Shown: positions 37,027 through 46,159 of the stretch, piece by piece | Position numbering within the stretch: position 1 is the stretch's first letter | How the letters are laid out: each line of letters starts with the position of its first letter | NCBI GenBank assembly: GCA_043731355.1 | Contig: JAYTJE010000079.1 | Location: 9,483-73,482, forward strand | Source: Nitrospirota bacterium | GTDB lineage: Bacteria; Nitrospirota; UBA9217 | Direction of reading: 5' to 3' | DNA length: 64,000 nucleotides | The notes under the pieces: model-generated | Databases searched by the model: none | What the model was told of the DNA's origin: nothing | Seen by the model: only the letters and a program-made list of their open reading frames with translations | Program-made: the position numbers and the translations under genes

Positions 37027-38808
37027 TCATACCTTCTTACCCTCGGACGAATCTATCTTGACGTCCCTGAGCTCAAGTTCAACAGCAGTTTTACCGTTCC
37101 ATGCATTGATGCGCGGCGTGAAAACAATCGCAACTTTTGAGCCTTCGAGCACGGTCTTGCACGGTCTCCCGCCCCGGCTGAACAGAATCGCGCCGAACGG
37201 GCCGCCCCCCTGCTGTCGGAGCTGAAGCTTCAGGTGGTTGTTCCGCACGGCTCTTGAGGAGAGGACCGTAATCCCGCGGGCGCCCAGACGAGGTTCGGGA
37301 TTTCCCAGGCCAAAGGGCGCCATGCGCTCGAGCTCATGCATAAGTTCCAGGGTCAGCTCATCGAGCGTCACCGCCCCATCCACGGCCAGGGTCCGCACAA
37401 AACCCTGGGGACCCATCTGTTGCAGGACGATCGAACCGAGACGTTCCCGAAGTTCGGGGATCCGGTCCTCGGCAATGGTGAAGCCGGCGGCATATTGGTG
37501 GCCGCCGAAGCCCAGCAGCAGGTCTGAACAGGCGGACAGGCCCTGGAACAGGTCAAACCCAGGGATGCTCCGCGCCGAGCCTTTGCCTATGCCGTCCTTC
37601 ACGGAAATGAGCGCCGCGGGCCGGTAGAATTCTTCCGCGATGCGCGAAGCCACGATCCCGATGACGCCGGGGTGCCAGTCCGTGGAGGCAAGAACGAGCG
37701 CCCCGGTCCTGGTGAGATCCAGCGACGCGCAGAGGCTTCTTGCCGCTTCCCTGATGAGCTCTTCCACGGCCTGGCGCTCCCTGTTTATGTCATCGAGCAT
37801 GGTCGCCAGTTCCCGTGCTTCTTCAGGAGACTCCGTGGTAAGCAGTTTAAATGCGGTATCGGCGCTGCTCAGCCGCCCGCTGGCATTGATCCGGGGGGCA
37901 AGGGAAAACCCAACAGCGCCCACGCCGATCTTCTTTCCCGCAAGACCGGCAACTTCTTTGAGCGCTGCCACGCCCTTTCGCTGCGAGCCGTTGTCCGTTG
38001 ACAGGTCCGCAAGGCCATGTTTCACCAAGATCCGGTTCTCTCCAATGATCGCGCCCACGTCAGCGATCGTACCGAGGGCCACCAGGTCGAGGTATCGCCT
38101 TATCCGTTCGTCCTCCACCGGAGCGTCCAGGATGGCCTGCGCCAGCTTGAACGCCATGCCGACCCCGGTCAGCCCTGCCACGTCTTTTTTGACGCGCTCC
38201 GGCGTTTTTTCAGAGACCAGCCTTGGGTGAAGAACAGCGAATGCATCAGGAAGCACGATAGCCGTGCCGGAAGCGTCGGTTTGCCTGCTAAACTCATGGT
38301 GATCGGTAACGATGAGGTCCAATGCCAGCGAGCGGGCGGTGTTCGCCTGATCAAGAGCGCCGATGCCGCAATCAGCGGTGATGACCAGCGAAACGCCGGC
38401 AGCCTTGAGCGAATTCAGCGCGGGACTATGCAGGCCATAGCCTTCGGTTATGCGGTCAGGGATGTAGGAAATAACATCCGCATTTAGGCTTTTGAGCGCC
38501 AGAAAAAGGAGCGTCGCGCCGGTCACCCCATCGACATCATAGTCGCCATACACCGCGATCTTCTCATGCGCGGAAAGCGCGGCCCGGATCCTGGCTACGG
38601 CTTTTTCCATTCCAATGAATATTTCCGGTCCGGACAGGGCCGCGAGTTCGCAGGAGAGAAAGGCCCGTACGTCAGCGGGGTCCGTCATCCCCCTGCTGGA
38701 CATCAGCCTGGCGATGAGCGGATGGACCCCTGTCTGCCCCGTGAGCGCGGCCGCAGCAGCCGCATCGGATTCCGTAAGGACCCACTTTATCGGGGCAGCG
38801 ACGGTCAA
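37027..38808 (-). CDS. recJ: Single-stranded-DNA-specific exonuclease RecJ
   Basis: DHH motif 'VITDHH' and a DHHA1 domain. The TTG start follows the tatA stop immediately. Confidence 0.9.
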   Translation of the reverse strand: MTVAAPIKWVLTESDAAAAAALTGQTGVHPLIARLMSSRGMTDPADVRAFLSCELAALSGPEIFIGMEKAVARIRAALSAHEKIAVYGDYDVDGVTGATLLFLALKSLNADVISYIPDRITEGYGLHSPALNSLKAAGVSLVITADCGIGALDQANTARSLALDLIVTDHHEFSRQTDASGTAIVLPDAFAVLHPRLVSEKTPERVKKDVAGLTGVGMAFKLAQAILDAPVEDERIRRYLDLVALGTIADVGAIIGENRILVKHGLADLSTDNGSQRKGVAALKEVAGLAGKKIGVGAVGFSLAPRINASGRLSSADTAFKLLTTESPEEARELATMLDDINRERQAVEELIREAARSLCASLDLTRTGALVLASTDWHPGVIGIVASRIAEEFYRPAALISVKDGIGKGSARSIPGFDLFQGLSACSDLLLGFGGHQYAAGFTIAEDRIPELRERLGSIVLQQMGPQGFVRTLAVDGAVTLDELTLELMHELERMAPFGLGNPEPRLGARGITVLSSRAVRNNHLKLQLRQQGGGPFGAILFSRGGRPCKTVLEGSKVAIVFTPRINAWNGKTAVELELRDVKIDSSEGKKV

Positions 38809-38997
38809 TTAACCCTTATTCTCTTTCTTGGCTGCTTCTGAATTGCTGTCCTGCGCAGGCGCGTCGGAAATCCCCTTTTTAAAGCCCTTGATGGCCTTTC
38901 CGAGCCCCTCGCCGAGCTGGGGAAGTCGGTTCGCGCCGAAGATCACGAGCACGATGACCAGGATTACGAGCAGTTCCGGCATTCCGAGTCCAAACAT
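38809..38997 (-). CDS. tatA: Twin-arginine translocase subunit TatA/E
   Basis: '[21 protein letters not shown]' TM helix followed by an amphipathic helix. 62 aa. Confidence 0.85.
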   Translation of the reverse strand: MFGLGMPELLVILVIVLVIFGANRLPQLGEGLGKAIKGFKKGISDAPAQDSNSEAAKKENKG

Positions 38998-39560
38998 GTT
39001 GCCTCCTTGTATTGCTGCGGGGTATTGAGATTGATGAACGATCGCCGCTCCGGATCAAAACGGCTGATTTCTTTTTCAGTAACATAGCGTACGTTCGCGC
39101 GTCCGAAGATGCCCTGCAACCGGCGGTCATCTTCGCGTATCCTTTTCTCTATCACGGGCAGCAGGCCCTTGCTGTACACGGCATGGAGCGGTTCGGCCCG
39201 TCCTTCAAAAGCAGGGACCACCGCATCGTATCCGGGCGCCAGTTCCATCAGGTATGCAAGAAGACCCGCGTTCAGAAATGGCATGTCGCAGGCGACCACA
39301 ATATTATATTCACTCTCGGAAATGGAGAGGCCGGAATATATTCCCGTCAACGGGCCCCGCTGGTCCAGCCTGTCCGTGACGACCCTGGCCTCGTAAGCGA
39401 GGTAGCGCTCCGGTGAATTTGTTACGATAATGATGCGGTGAACAATAGACCCGAACGCCCGCAGAACATGCTCTATGATGGGCGAGCCCGCCACCTCCAG
39501 AAAAGCTTTATCAACGCCCATGCGTTTATTTTCACCACCAGCAAGAATGATACCAGTCAT
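38964..39560 (-). CDS. mobA: Molybdenum cofactor guanylyltransferase
   Basis: '[21 protein letters not shown]'. The gene overlaps tatA by 34 nt. Confidence 0.8.
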   Translation of the reverse strand: MTGIILAGGENKRMGVDKAFLEVAGSPIIEHVLRAFGSIVHRIIIVTNSPERYLAYEARVVTDRLDQRGPLTGIYSGLSISESEYNIVVACDMPFLNAGLLAYLMELAPGYDAVVPAFEGRAEPLHAVYSKGLLPVIEKRIREDDRRLQGIFGRANVRYVTEKEISRFDPERRSFINLNTPQQYKEATCLDSECRNCS

Positions 39561-39759
39561 AATTAAAACTACAGTATTTACAATGAGGTGTCAATAAGGA
39601 ACTTTCTCTCCCATCAGGATGTTATGAAGCCGGCGATGATGTTATTGATTTACGGCCCGCGCGGGCGGGCACTTTAATAATCGGCCGCACACGTTCTCAA
39701 ATTTCTCAAATTTTAATTTTACGTTGACAACGTCAGATCAATTGCCTTATAGTGCGCGC

Positions 39760-40044
39760 ATGAGATGGCAATCTATCATAGTGCTTCTGGCGATAGCTCT
39801 CAGCATTGTTGCGCCGCCCTCGCTGCCTGCCCTGGCAGCCCAGGGGGGGCAAACCGAGATAGGAACCTTTGATGTCTGCCACTCGACAACACCCGCACTG
39901 TCATCGAACGGTGAAATGCCCTGTATCAATGAATGTATGAACCTGCCCCTTCCCCAGGGGACCAGTAATGCTTCCGCAGCGTTAACTCTTCGATTCAAAC
40001 CACTCTGTATCGCCTTTCAAGACGAACGTCCTCCAAAAAGCTAA
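39760..40044 (+). CDS. Small secreted Cys-containing protein, possibly leaderless
   Basis: Signal peptide 'MRWQSIIVLLAIALSIVAPPSLPALAAQ'. TTGACA-17/18-TATAGT ends 6 nt before the ATG. Confidence 0.35.
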   Translation: MRWQSIIVLLAIALSIVAPPSLPALAAQGGQTEIGTFDVCHSTTPALSSNGEMPCINECMNLPLPQGTSNASAALTLRFKPLCIAFQDERPPKS

Positions 40045-40116
40045 GCAGCGCCACCAGACCGAAGATATGAGTATTCCTCCCCGGAATAGGTATGCGCGTG
40101 TCCGCGTATGCCAATA

Positions 40117-40182
40117 AGCTCGGCTCCGCTTCGGCACTATCCGTTATGATTGTGCATTATTTGGTATTTGCGAAGCGGAGCT
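40117..40182 (+). other. Long hairpin (11-bp perfect stem, 37-nt loop) followed by UAUUUUU; terminator or attenuator between the small ORF and the tlpA-like gene
   Basis: GCTCCGCTTCG ... CGAAGCGGAGC, then TATTTTT. Confidence 0.35.
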
Positions 40183-40211
40183 ATTTTTAAAGCTTCTCCG
40201 GTTGCGGTTAG

Positions 40212-40724
40212 TTGTCCCGGCTATGGAGCATCGTGAACAGATTAATTGTCATTGCATTCCTCCTGATAACGATTGCACCTGTTCATGCCTTTTCAGGCCA
40301 GGTCGGCGCAAAGGCACCATCATTCGTACTTGTTGACTCGAACGGAGCGATGATTTCACTGGAGCACTTTAAGGGAAAGGTGGTGTTCCTGGATTTCTGG
40401 GCGCCCTGGTGCATCCCGTGCAGACAGGAGCTGCCGGAGCTCGATGCATTGTATAAGAAATACGGCAGCGATCGCTTTGAAGTCATCGCCGTCAGCATGG
40501 ATCCTTCTGAAAAAAACACAGCGGCGTTTTTACGAAAGTTTCCGTTGAGCGTTCATGTCGTTGTCGATGTTAGGAACGAGGTTTCCGACGCCTATCGCGT
40601 TACCAGTCTGCCGACCGGGTTCATTATCGGAAGAGACGGTGTTATCAAGTACCAGCACAAGGGTTTCCAAAGTGAAGACCGCGTCGTCTATGAAAAAGAG
40701 ATCGACGAATTATTGAAGCAATAA
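40212..40724 (+). CDS. TlpA/ResA-like periplasmic thiol:disulfide oxidoreductase
   Basis: Signal peptide and 'WAPWCIPC' thioredoxin motif. Confidence 0.8.
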   Translation: MSRLWSIVNRLIVIAFLLITIAPVHAFSGQVGAKAPSFVLVDSNGAMISLEHFKGKVVFLDFWAPWCIPCRQELPELDALYKKYGSDRFEVIAVSMDPSEKNTAAFLRKFPLSVHVVVDVRNEVSDAYRVTSLPTGFIIGRDGVIKYQHKGFQSEDRVVYEKEIDELLKQ

Positions 40725-40761
40725 CTGCATTATGAGACAACAATAACCTTAAAAGGAGAAT

Positions 40762-41667
40762 TTGAAAATGATGAAACACAGCTGGAATACAGGGAATGCG
40801 CTCGTTGGTATATTCGCGCTGGTGATGTTGTTCGGGTGCGGTGAAACGACAAAAACTGAGATCGTGACCGTGAAGGAATCTTTGCCTGCAAGCACCTACT
40901 TAGTCGAGTATATCACGGGAATGATGCCTGCGGCTGAGGGCAAGACCGAGTTCACACTTCGCATTGCGAAGCGAAGCGATGGTTCGCTGGTAACAGGACT
41001 TACCTCAACAGGCCTTTCAATAAAGCCAATGATGTATATGATCAAACCGACGGGCGTCGATAGCCATTCAACGCCTGTAGACAGCATCGTGGACAACGGA
41101 GACGGCACATATTCCTGCGCGGTGTACTATCTCATGCCCACGATGAGTGGTTATTGGGAGTTGAAGGTCAATATCGGGTCTGAAGCTGCTGTCTTTTACC
41201 CTTATGTCAATATGGCTATGGGCACCGATACGATCAAAGCAAAATTGTATGGAGCCGATGATGTTGTAAGTTCAATGTCCGGGACACAATACAATAGATA
41301 CTATCTGTTCAGCGATGGTCCGGTCAGTGCTGCAACTTCGACTTTCAGTCTGTTCATCGCCCATGGTGAAGACATGAATATGAATTTCAAACCCGCATAT
41401 GTTGGGGCGACAATGAGCAGTCCAACGGGGTTGGTCACTTCTATGACCGTTACCGCATCTCAGGATACCGCATTTACAATCCCACTTTCCGCCGTGCATA
41501 GTGGAAACGGCCATTGGACCGTGTCAGGCCTGATCGGTCTCATGTCCTCGAAAACGACGACGATCTATGTAAAAATGGCTTTGAACGGACAGGACAAAAC
41601 TATTGACGGCATGGTTTCATCGCCGACGAGTACAAATTACGCTACGTTCTTTGTAACTCCGCAGTAG
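40762..41667 (+). CDS. Lipoprotein with two Met-rich YtkA/FixH-like repeats (putative periplasmic metal binding)
   Basis: Lipobox 'LFGC'. The repeated units are 'FTLRIAKRSDG..PMMYM' and 'FSLFIAHGEDMNMNF'. Confidence 0.45.
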   Translation: MKMMKHSWNTGNALVGIFALVMLFGCGETTKTEIVTVKESLPASTYLVEYITGMMPAAEGKTEFTLRIAKRSDGSLVTGLTSTGLSIKPMMYMIKPTGVDSHSTPVDSIVDNGDGTYSCAVYYLMPTMSGYWELKVNIGSEAAVFYPYVNMAMGTDTIKAKLYGADDVVSSMSGTQYNRYYLFSDGPVSAATSTFSLFIAHGEDMNMNFKPAYVGATMSSPTGLVTSMTVTASQDTAFTIPLSAVHSGNGHWTVSGLIGLMSSKTTTIYVKMALNGQDKTIDGMVSSPTSTNYATFFVTPQ

Positions 41668-41681
41668 CGGAAAAGGGTAAA

Positions 41682-42662
41682 ATGAATAGATATGCGATAA
41701 CGATTACCTGTGCGGCCCTCCTCGCGGGGGCCGCGCTTTTCTCTCCCCTCCCGGCCTACGCCGGATCCTGCTGCGGCGGCGGGGGCGGCGCCGGACTTAT
41801 CCTGCCGAAATTCTATTCGAGCATGCTCGATCTGTCCTTTGAGCTTGAAAAATACAACGGCTACTGGGACCAGCGGGGCGTCCACCGCGCCGATCCCGAG
41901 GGGTCGGACCTGCGGCAATACCGGCTGAACCTGGGTTATGGACAACGCTTGTCCCCTCGCTGGCAGGCGAGCCTTGTCGTGCCGTATATATGGAACAGCA
42001 ATGGTTATTCCGGCTTCTCTTCCCGCACTGACGGCTTGGGCGACACGACCATGAATCTCTGGTACGAAGCGCTGAGCGATGAATCGGCCTGGAAAGTGCG
42101 GGACCTCAAGGATATGGCCCCCTCGGTCATGATCGGCCCGTCGCTGGTAATTCCGACAGGAATTTCTCCCTACGATGACGTAAACAGCAGTTTCGACGTT
42201 ACCGGCCGCGGCTTCTACCGGCTCGACGGGAACGTCATTGTCTCGAAAACCATCCATCCCTGGACCGCATCCCTTTCTCTTGCCTATGGGACCTATTTCG
42301 AGCGAGCGGTCAACCGGGAATACGGCAACTATGTCGAGCCTTACCATAAAGAACTCGGCGACCGGACTTCGGCCGCCTTGTCCCTAAGCTATATCTATTA
42401 CCTCGGGACCGGCGGCGATACGCTCACGGGCACTGCGTCTCTGTCGCAGCTCCGGGAGGCAGATGCGACGATCAACGGCGCAAAAGACACGTCCAGCGGG
42501 TTTAAAAAAGACGCCCTGGGCCTTGCCCTAACATACTCCAGCACCGACAGCGACTGGAGCGTCCGCATGGGCTGGAACCATGCGATCATGTTTGACGGCT
42601 GGGGAGAGAACTTCCCTACTACGGACGTTTACACACTGGGGGTCGGCTATGGGTTCCGTTAA
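41682..42662 (+). CDS. Putative outer-membrane beta-barrel protein
   Basis: Signal peptide, then 'GSCCGGGGGAG', and alternating beta-strand patterning. Confidence 0.5.
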   Translation: MNRYAITITCAALLAGAALFSPLPAYAGSCCGGGGGAGLILPKFYSSMLDLSFELEKYNGYWDQRGVHRADPEGSDLRQYRLNLGYGQRLSPRWQASLVVPYIWNSNGYSGFSSRTDGLGDTTMNLWYEALSDESAWKVRDLKDMAPSVMIGPSLVIPTGISPYDDVNSSFDVTGRGFYRLDGNVIVSKTIHPWTASLSLAYGTYFERAVNREYGNYVEPYHKELGDRTSAALSLSYIYYLGTGGDTLTGTASLSQLREADATINGAKDTSSGFKKDALGLALTYSSTDSDWSVRMGWNHAIMFDGWGENFPTTDVYTLGVGYGFR

Positions 42663-42663
42663 G

Positions 42664-43215
42664 ATGACCAGGATGACACACCTTTGCCTGCTGCTGTTTC
42701 TTCTCTTCGGTTGCGGCGGCACGATGAATGACCTCGCCCCCTCGAACAAGGACAAGCGCCCCGGTGTTCTATGCGGCATTACCGGGCCGGAAGTATGTCA
42801 GGCAGCGCCGGACTTCACACTTTCTGATACTCAGGGAAACATGGTTACCCTTTCCTCTGTCGTGTCTTCCCCCGGCGTCAGGGGCACGGTCATCTATTTC
42901 ACCATGTGGTGCCCGATATGCGATACGCATATGAGCAACATACGGTCTTACATCCTTCCAAACTATCCCGCGGTGCGTTTTTTCATTGTTGATTATGTCT
43001 CAGGCAGCGTTTCCGCGGCGAGGGACGAAGAAGTCAATAACGGTTATTCCGGTTCGGGGTTCACGGTACTCGCCGATACACACCAGACGGTCCTTAACCG
43101 TTTTCATGCCACGATGGGGACAACGATCGTTATCGACTCGAACGGCATTGTCCGTTTGAATGAGGATTTCAAAGACGGTTCACGGCTAAGCTCGGCGTTG
43201 TCCAAGCTGCCCTGA
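42664..43215 (+). CDS. Thioredoxin-fold lipoprotein (CxxC)
   Basis: Lipobox 'LFGC' and 'WCPIC'. The ATG sits 1 nt after the upstream stop. The track ORF starts earlier, at 42580. Confidence 0.6.
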   Translation: MTRMTHLCLLLFLLFGCGGTMNDLAPSNKDKRPGVLCGITGPEVCQAAPDFTLSDTQGNMVTLSSVVSSPGVRGTVIYFTMWCPICDTHMSNIRSYILPNYPAVRFFIVDYVSGSVSAARDEEVNNGYSGSGFTVLADTHQTVLNRFHATMGTTIVIDSNGIVRLNEDFKDGSRLSSALSKLP

Positions 43216-43242
43216 CCGGCAATAAAAATAGAGGAGATAATC

Positions 43243-43716
43243 GTGAAAACGATACAACACTATGCTGGTAGCGTGGTTCTCTTGATAATGATGGTTTTTG
43301 TCGGCATTACCACTCAGGCAGGCGGACCTGACAATGACATTGACCATCACCGTTCATGCGGCAATTGCGGCATGGACCGAAAAGCCTATGGGTTCAGCCG
43401 GATGCTGGTGCAGTATGAGGACGGGACCGTGGTGGGAACCTGCAGCCTGCACTGTGCGGTCATTGAGCTTGATGCGAATCCGGGGAAAACCGTCAAGACT
43501 TTGCTCGTTGCCGACCGCGAAACCCGGACACTGCTGGAGGCTGAAAAAGCGGTATGGGTCATGGGCGGCAAAAAGCGAGGGGTGATGACTGAACAGCCAA
43601 AGTGGGCCTTTCAGTCAAAAGAAGGCGCTGAAGCGTTCATAAAGGTAAATGGCGGAACGAGCTCGACCTGGGCGGAGGCGCTTGCAGCCGCACGGGAGGA
43701 AATAAAACAGCATTGA
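43243..43716 (+). CDS. NosL-like copper-binding protein
   Basis: 'CGNCGMDRKAYGFSRMLV...GTCSLHCAV' resembles the NosL metal site. It has an N-terminal TM helix or signal. Confidence 0.4.
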   Translation: MKTIQHYAGSVVLLIMMVFVGITTQAGGPDNDIDHHRSCGNCGMDRKAYGFSRMLVQYEDGTVVGTCSLHCAVIELDANPGKTVKTLLVADRETRTLLEAEKAVWVMGGKKRGVMTEQPKWAFQSKEGAEAFIKVNGGTSSTWAEALAAAREEIKQH

Positions 43717-43793
43717 CAATAATCGTATTGTGGCAAGAGAGAGGTGAATGGACTTTACTTTCCGTCAACAGCGCGTTATCATGTTAAACAATT

Positions 43794-44252
43794 ATGAGAA
43801 GAATAAAAGCGCATAACCATACCATGAGCGCCCTGCTCATCACCTTACTGTTGGCAAGCCTTGCCGGTTCCGCCTGTGCCAGCCGACATACCTATGCCGC
43901 CCCGGCCATCGTCGGCGCAAACGCCGTCATCGACATATCCTCACTGAAAACAGCAACGCCGTTTTTCCTCACCTATCGCTATCAAGGCAAACAGATCAAC
44001 TTCTTTGTTTTGCGGCTGGACTCCGGCGTTCAATCCTACCTCGACGCCTGCGCAAGCTGCTATCATCACAAGCAGGGATACCGGCCCGGGGACGGCGCGG
44101 TTACGTGCCGATACTGCAATATAAAATTTTCCGTATATAAACTGGAAAAAGGCCTGGGAAGCTGTTACCCGATCAAGCTCAAGGGAAAGACCGAAGCGGG
44201 GAACTACCTGATCTCACGCGCCGCTCTGGAAAACGCCGCTACGCTGTTCTAA
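43794..44252 (+). CDS. DUF2318-like Cys-rich membrane protein
   Basis: 'CASCYHHKQGYRPGDGAVTCRYCNIKF' zinc-ribbon-like motif and a signal or TM segment. Confidence 0.45.
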   Translation: MRRIKAHNHTMSALLITLLLASLAGSACASRHTYAAPAIVGANAVIDISSLKTATPFFLTYRYQGKQINFFVLRLDSGVQSYLDACASCYHHKQGYRPGDGAVTCRYCNIKFSVYKLEKGLGSCYPIKLKGKTEAGNYLISRAALENAATLF

Positions 44253-44263
44253 CACGAAGACCG

Positions 44264-45472
44264 CTATTCATACCTGAGCGCCTGTATCGGGTCCTGCATT
44301 GCCGCCTTCCGCGCGGGATACACGCCGAAGAAGATCCCCACCGCGGCTGAAAAAAAGAACGCCATCAGGATGGACCAGAGCGAAACGCTCGTCGGCAGCA
44401 CATCAACGAATACCGGGATGAGCAGCGCCAGGCCTACGCCGAGCATGATGCCGATGATGCCGCCCGCGCCGGAGAGCGTGATGGCCTCGATCATGAACTG
44501 GGCCAGAATGTCTTTGTTCCTCGCTCCGAGCGCCTTCCGGATGCCGATCTCCCTCGTTCGTTCGCGCACCGAGACCAGCATGATGTTCATGATCCCGATG
44601 CCGCCGACCAGCAGCGATATCCCCGCGATGCCGCCGAGCACGGCGGTCAGCACACCGAGGACCGTATTCATCATTTCCAGCATCGCCCCCTGCGTTTGAA
44701 TGGTGAAATCCTCTTTATGGGCATGCCGTTTTATCAGCACGTCCTTGATCTGGGCAATGGCGCGGTCCACATCTTCCGCCCGCGGCGTTGACGCGATGAG
44801 CTCAAAAAGCGAGTCGGTATCAAAGAGCTCCTGGCCGCTGGTCACGGGAATATACACGATGTCGTCGATATCCATACCCATGCTCGTGCCTTTTTTCCGC
44901 ATGACCCCGACCACCCGATAGCGCGCATCAGAGAGGACCACGACTTTGCCGAGGGCGTTCTCCGTGCCGAAAAGCTCCTCTTTTACCTTGGCGCCGAGAA
45001 CGACGACCTTGGTTTTGGAATCGACATCGCTTTGTGAAATATAACTTCCCGTGTCCACAAAAAGATTGCGGACCCGCTGAAATTCGGGCGTGGTGCCGAT
45101 GATCATGACGTCCCGGCCCATGTTATGATACTTGAGTTTTCCCGTTCCGAACACCAGCGGGACCGCGTCGGTCAGAAGCCAGGCGCGCCGCCTGAGCGCC
45201 TGGGCGTCATCATAGGTCAGCTTGCGCACCGTGCCCGCGGAGGGAGGATGAAAGCCGCCGCTGGTGGAAGTCTTCCCGGGCGTGATGATGAGCAGGTTCG
45301 TTCCGAGGCCGGTCATTTCCCTGGTGATGTAAACCTGCGCCCCTTCGCCGATGGAAATGAGGAGAATAACGGCCATGACCCCGATTATGACCCCGAGCAT
45401 CGTCAGTGCCGACCGGATCTTGTTTGAGAGCAGCGCCTCGAAAGCAACGCGGAACGTTTCAATAAAGTTCAT
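44264..45472 (-). CDS. ABC transporter permease, FtsX/MacB family
   Basis: One TM helix, a large periplasmic domain, then three TM helices. The ATG at 45472 overlaps the ATPase stop (ATGA). Confidence 0.85.
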   Translation of the reverse strand: MNFIETFRVAFEALLSNKIRSALTMLGVIIGVMAVILLISIGEGAQVYITREMTGLGTNLLIITPGKTSTSGGFHPPSAGTVRKLTYDDAQALRRRAWLLTDAVPLVFGTGKLKYHNMGRDVMIIGTTPEFQRVRNLFVDTGSYISQSDVDSKTKVVVLGAKVKEELFGTENALGKVVVLSDARYRVVGVMRKKGTSMGMDIDDIVYIPVTSGQELFDTDSLFELIASTPRAEDVDRAIAQIKDVLIKRHAHKEDFTIQTQGAMLEMMNTVLGVLTAVLGGIAGISLLVGGIGIMNIMLVSVRERTREIGIRKALGARNKDILAQFMIEAITLSGAGGIIGIMLGVGLALLIPVFVDVLPTSVSLWSILMAFFFSAAVGIFFGVYPARKAAMQDPIQALRYE

Positions 45473-46146
45473 GCGCGCACCTGGTCGTCGATGAGCCTTC
45501 CGTCTTTTACCGTAATGGTCCGTTTGCATCGGTCCGCCACGCTCCGGTCATGGGTAACAATGACGATCGTGACCCCTTCCTTGTTCAGCCCGGTCAGGAG
45601 GTCCAGGATCTCCTCGCCGGAACGGCTGTCGAGATTTCCCGTGGGCTCGTCTGCAAGAAGGAGCGGCGGATGATTGACGAGTGCCCGGGCAATTGCGACG
45701 CGCTGCTGTTGTCCTCCCGAAAGTTCCGTGGGTTTGTGGTGCATGCGTTCGGAAAGACCTACCTGCTGAAGCATGGGAATGGCGCGCTCTCTGCGAACCC
45801 GGGCCGGCACACCGCTGTAGATAAGCGGCACCTCCACATTTTTTAACGCGGTAAAACGAGGGAGCAGGTTGAAGGTCTGGAACACGAAGCCGATCTTGAC
45901 GTTCCGGATCGAAGCGAGTTCGTCATCCGTCATGGCGCTGATCTCCCGGTCCTCGAAGCGGTAGGAACCGCTGGTGGGGCGATCCAGGCACCCGAGAATA
46001 TTCATGATCGTTGATTTCCCGGAACCCGAGGGCCCCATGATGGCGATGAGCTCCCCCTGCTGAACGCTTAAGGAAACGTCCGTCAGAACGGTTATATCCA
46101 CCGCGCCCATGCGATAGGTTTTTGTTACCTTAATGAGTTCGATCAT
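45469..46146 (-). CDS. ABC transporter ATP-binding protein (MacB/LolD type)
   Basis: 'GPSGSGKST', 'LSGGQQQRVAIARAL' and 'LLLADEPTGNLD'. Confidence 0.9.
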   Translation of the reverse strand: MIELIKVTKTYRMGAVDITVLTDVSLSVQQGELIAIMGPSGSGKSTIMNILGCLDRPTSGSYRFEDREISAMTDDELASIRNVKIGFVFQTFNLLPRFTALKNVEVPLIYSGVPARVRRERAIPMLQQVGLSERMHHKPTELSGGQQQRVAIARALVNHPPLLLADEPTGNLDSRSGEEILDLLTGLNKEGVTIVIVTHDRSVADRCKRTITVKDGRLIDDQVRA

Positions 46147-46159
46147 GTTTTTAAACCGG

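Noticed and set aside
36961-37045. GGAAGGTAAGA direct repeats and a partial inverted copy spanning the recJ stop.
   Set aside because: The repeat is short and imperfect and could be chance within a purine-rich spacer. I could not derive a convincing hairpin by hand.
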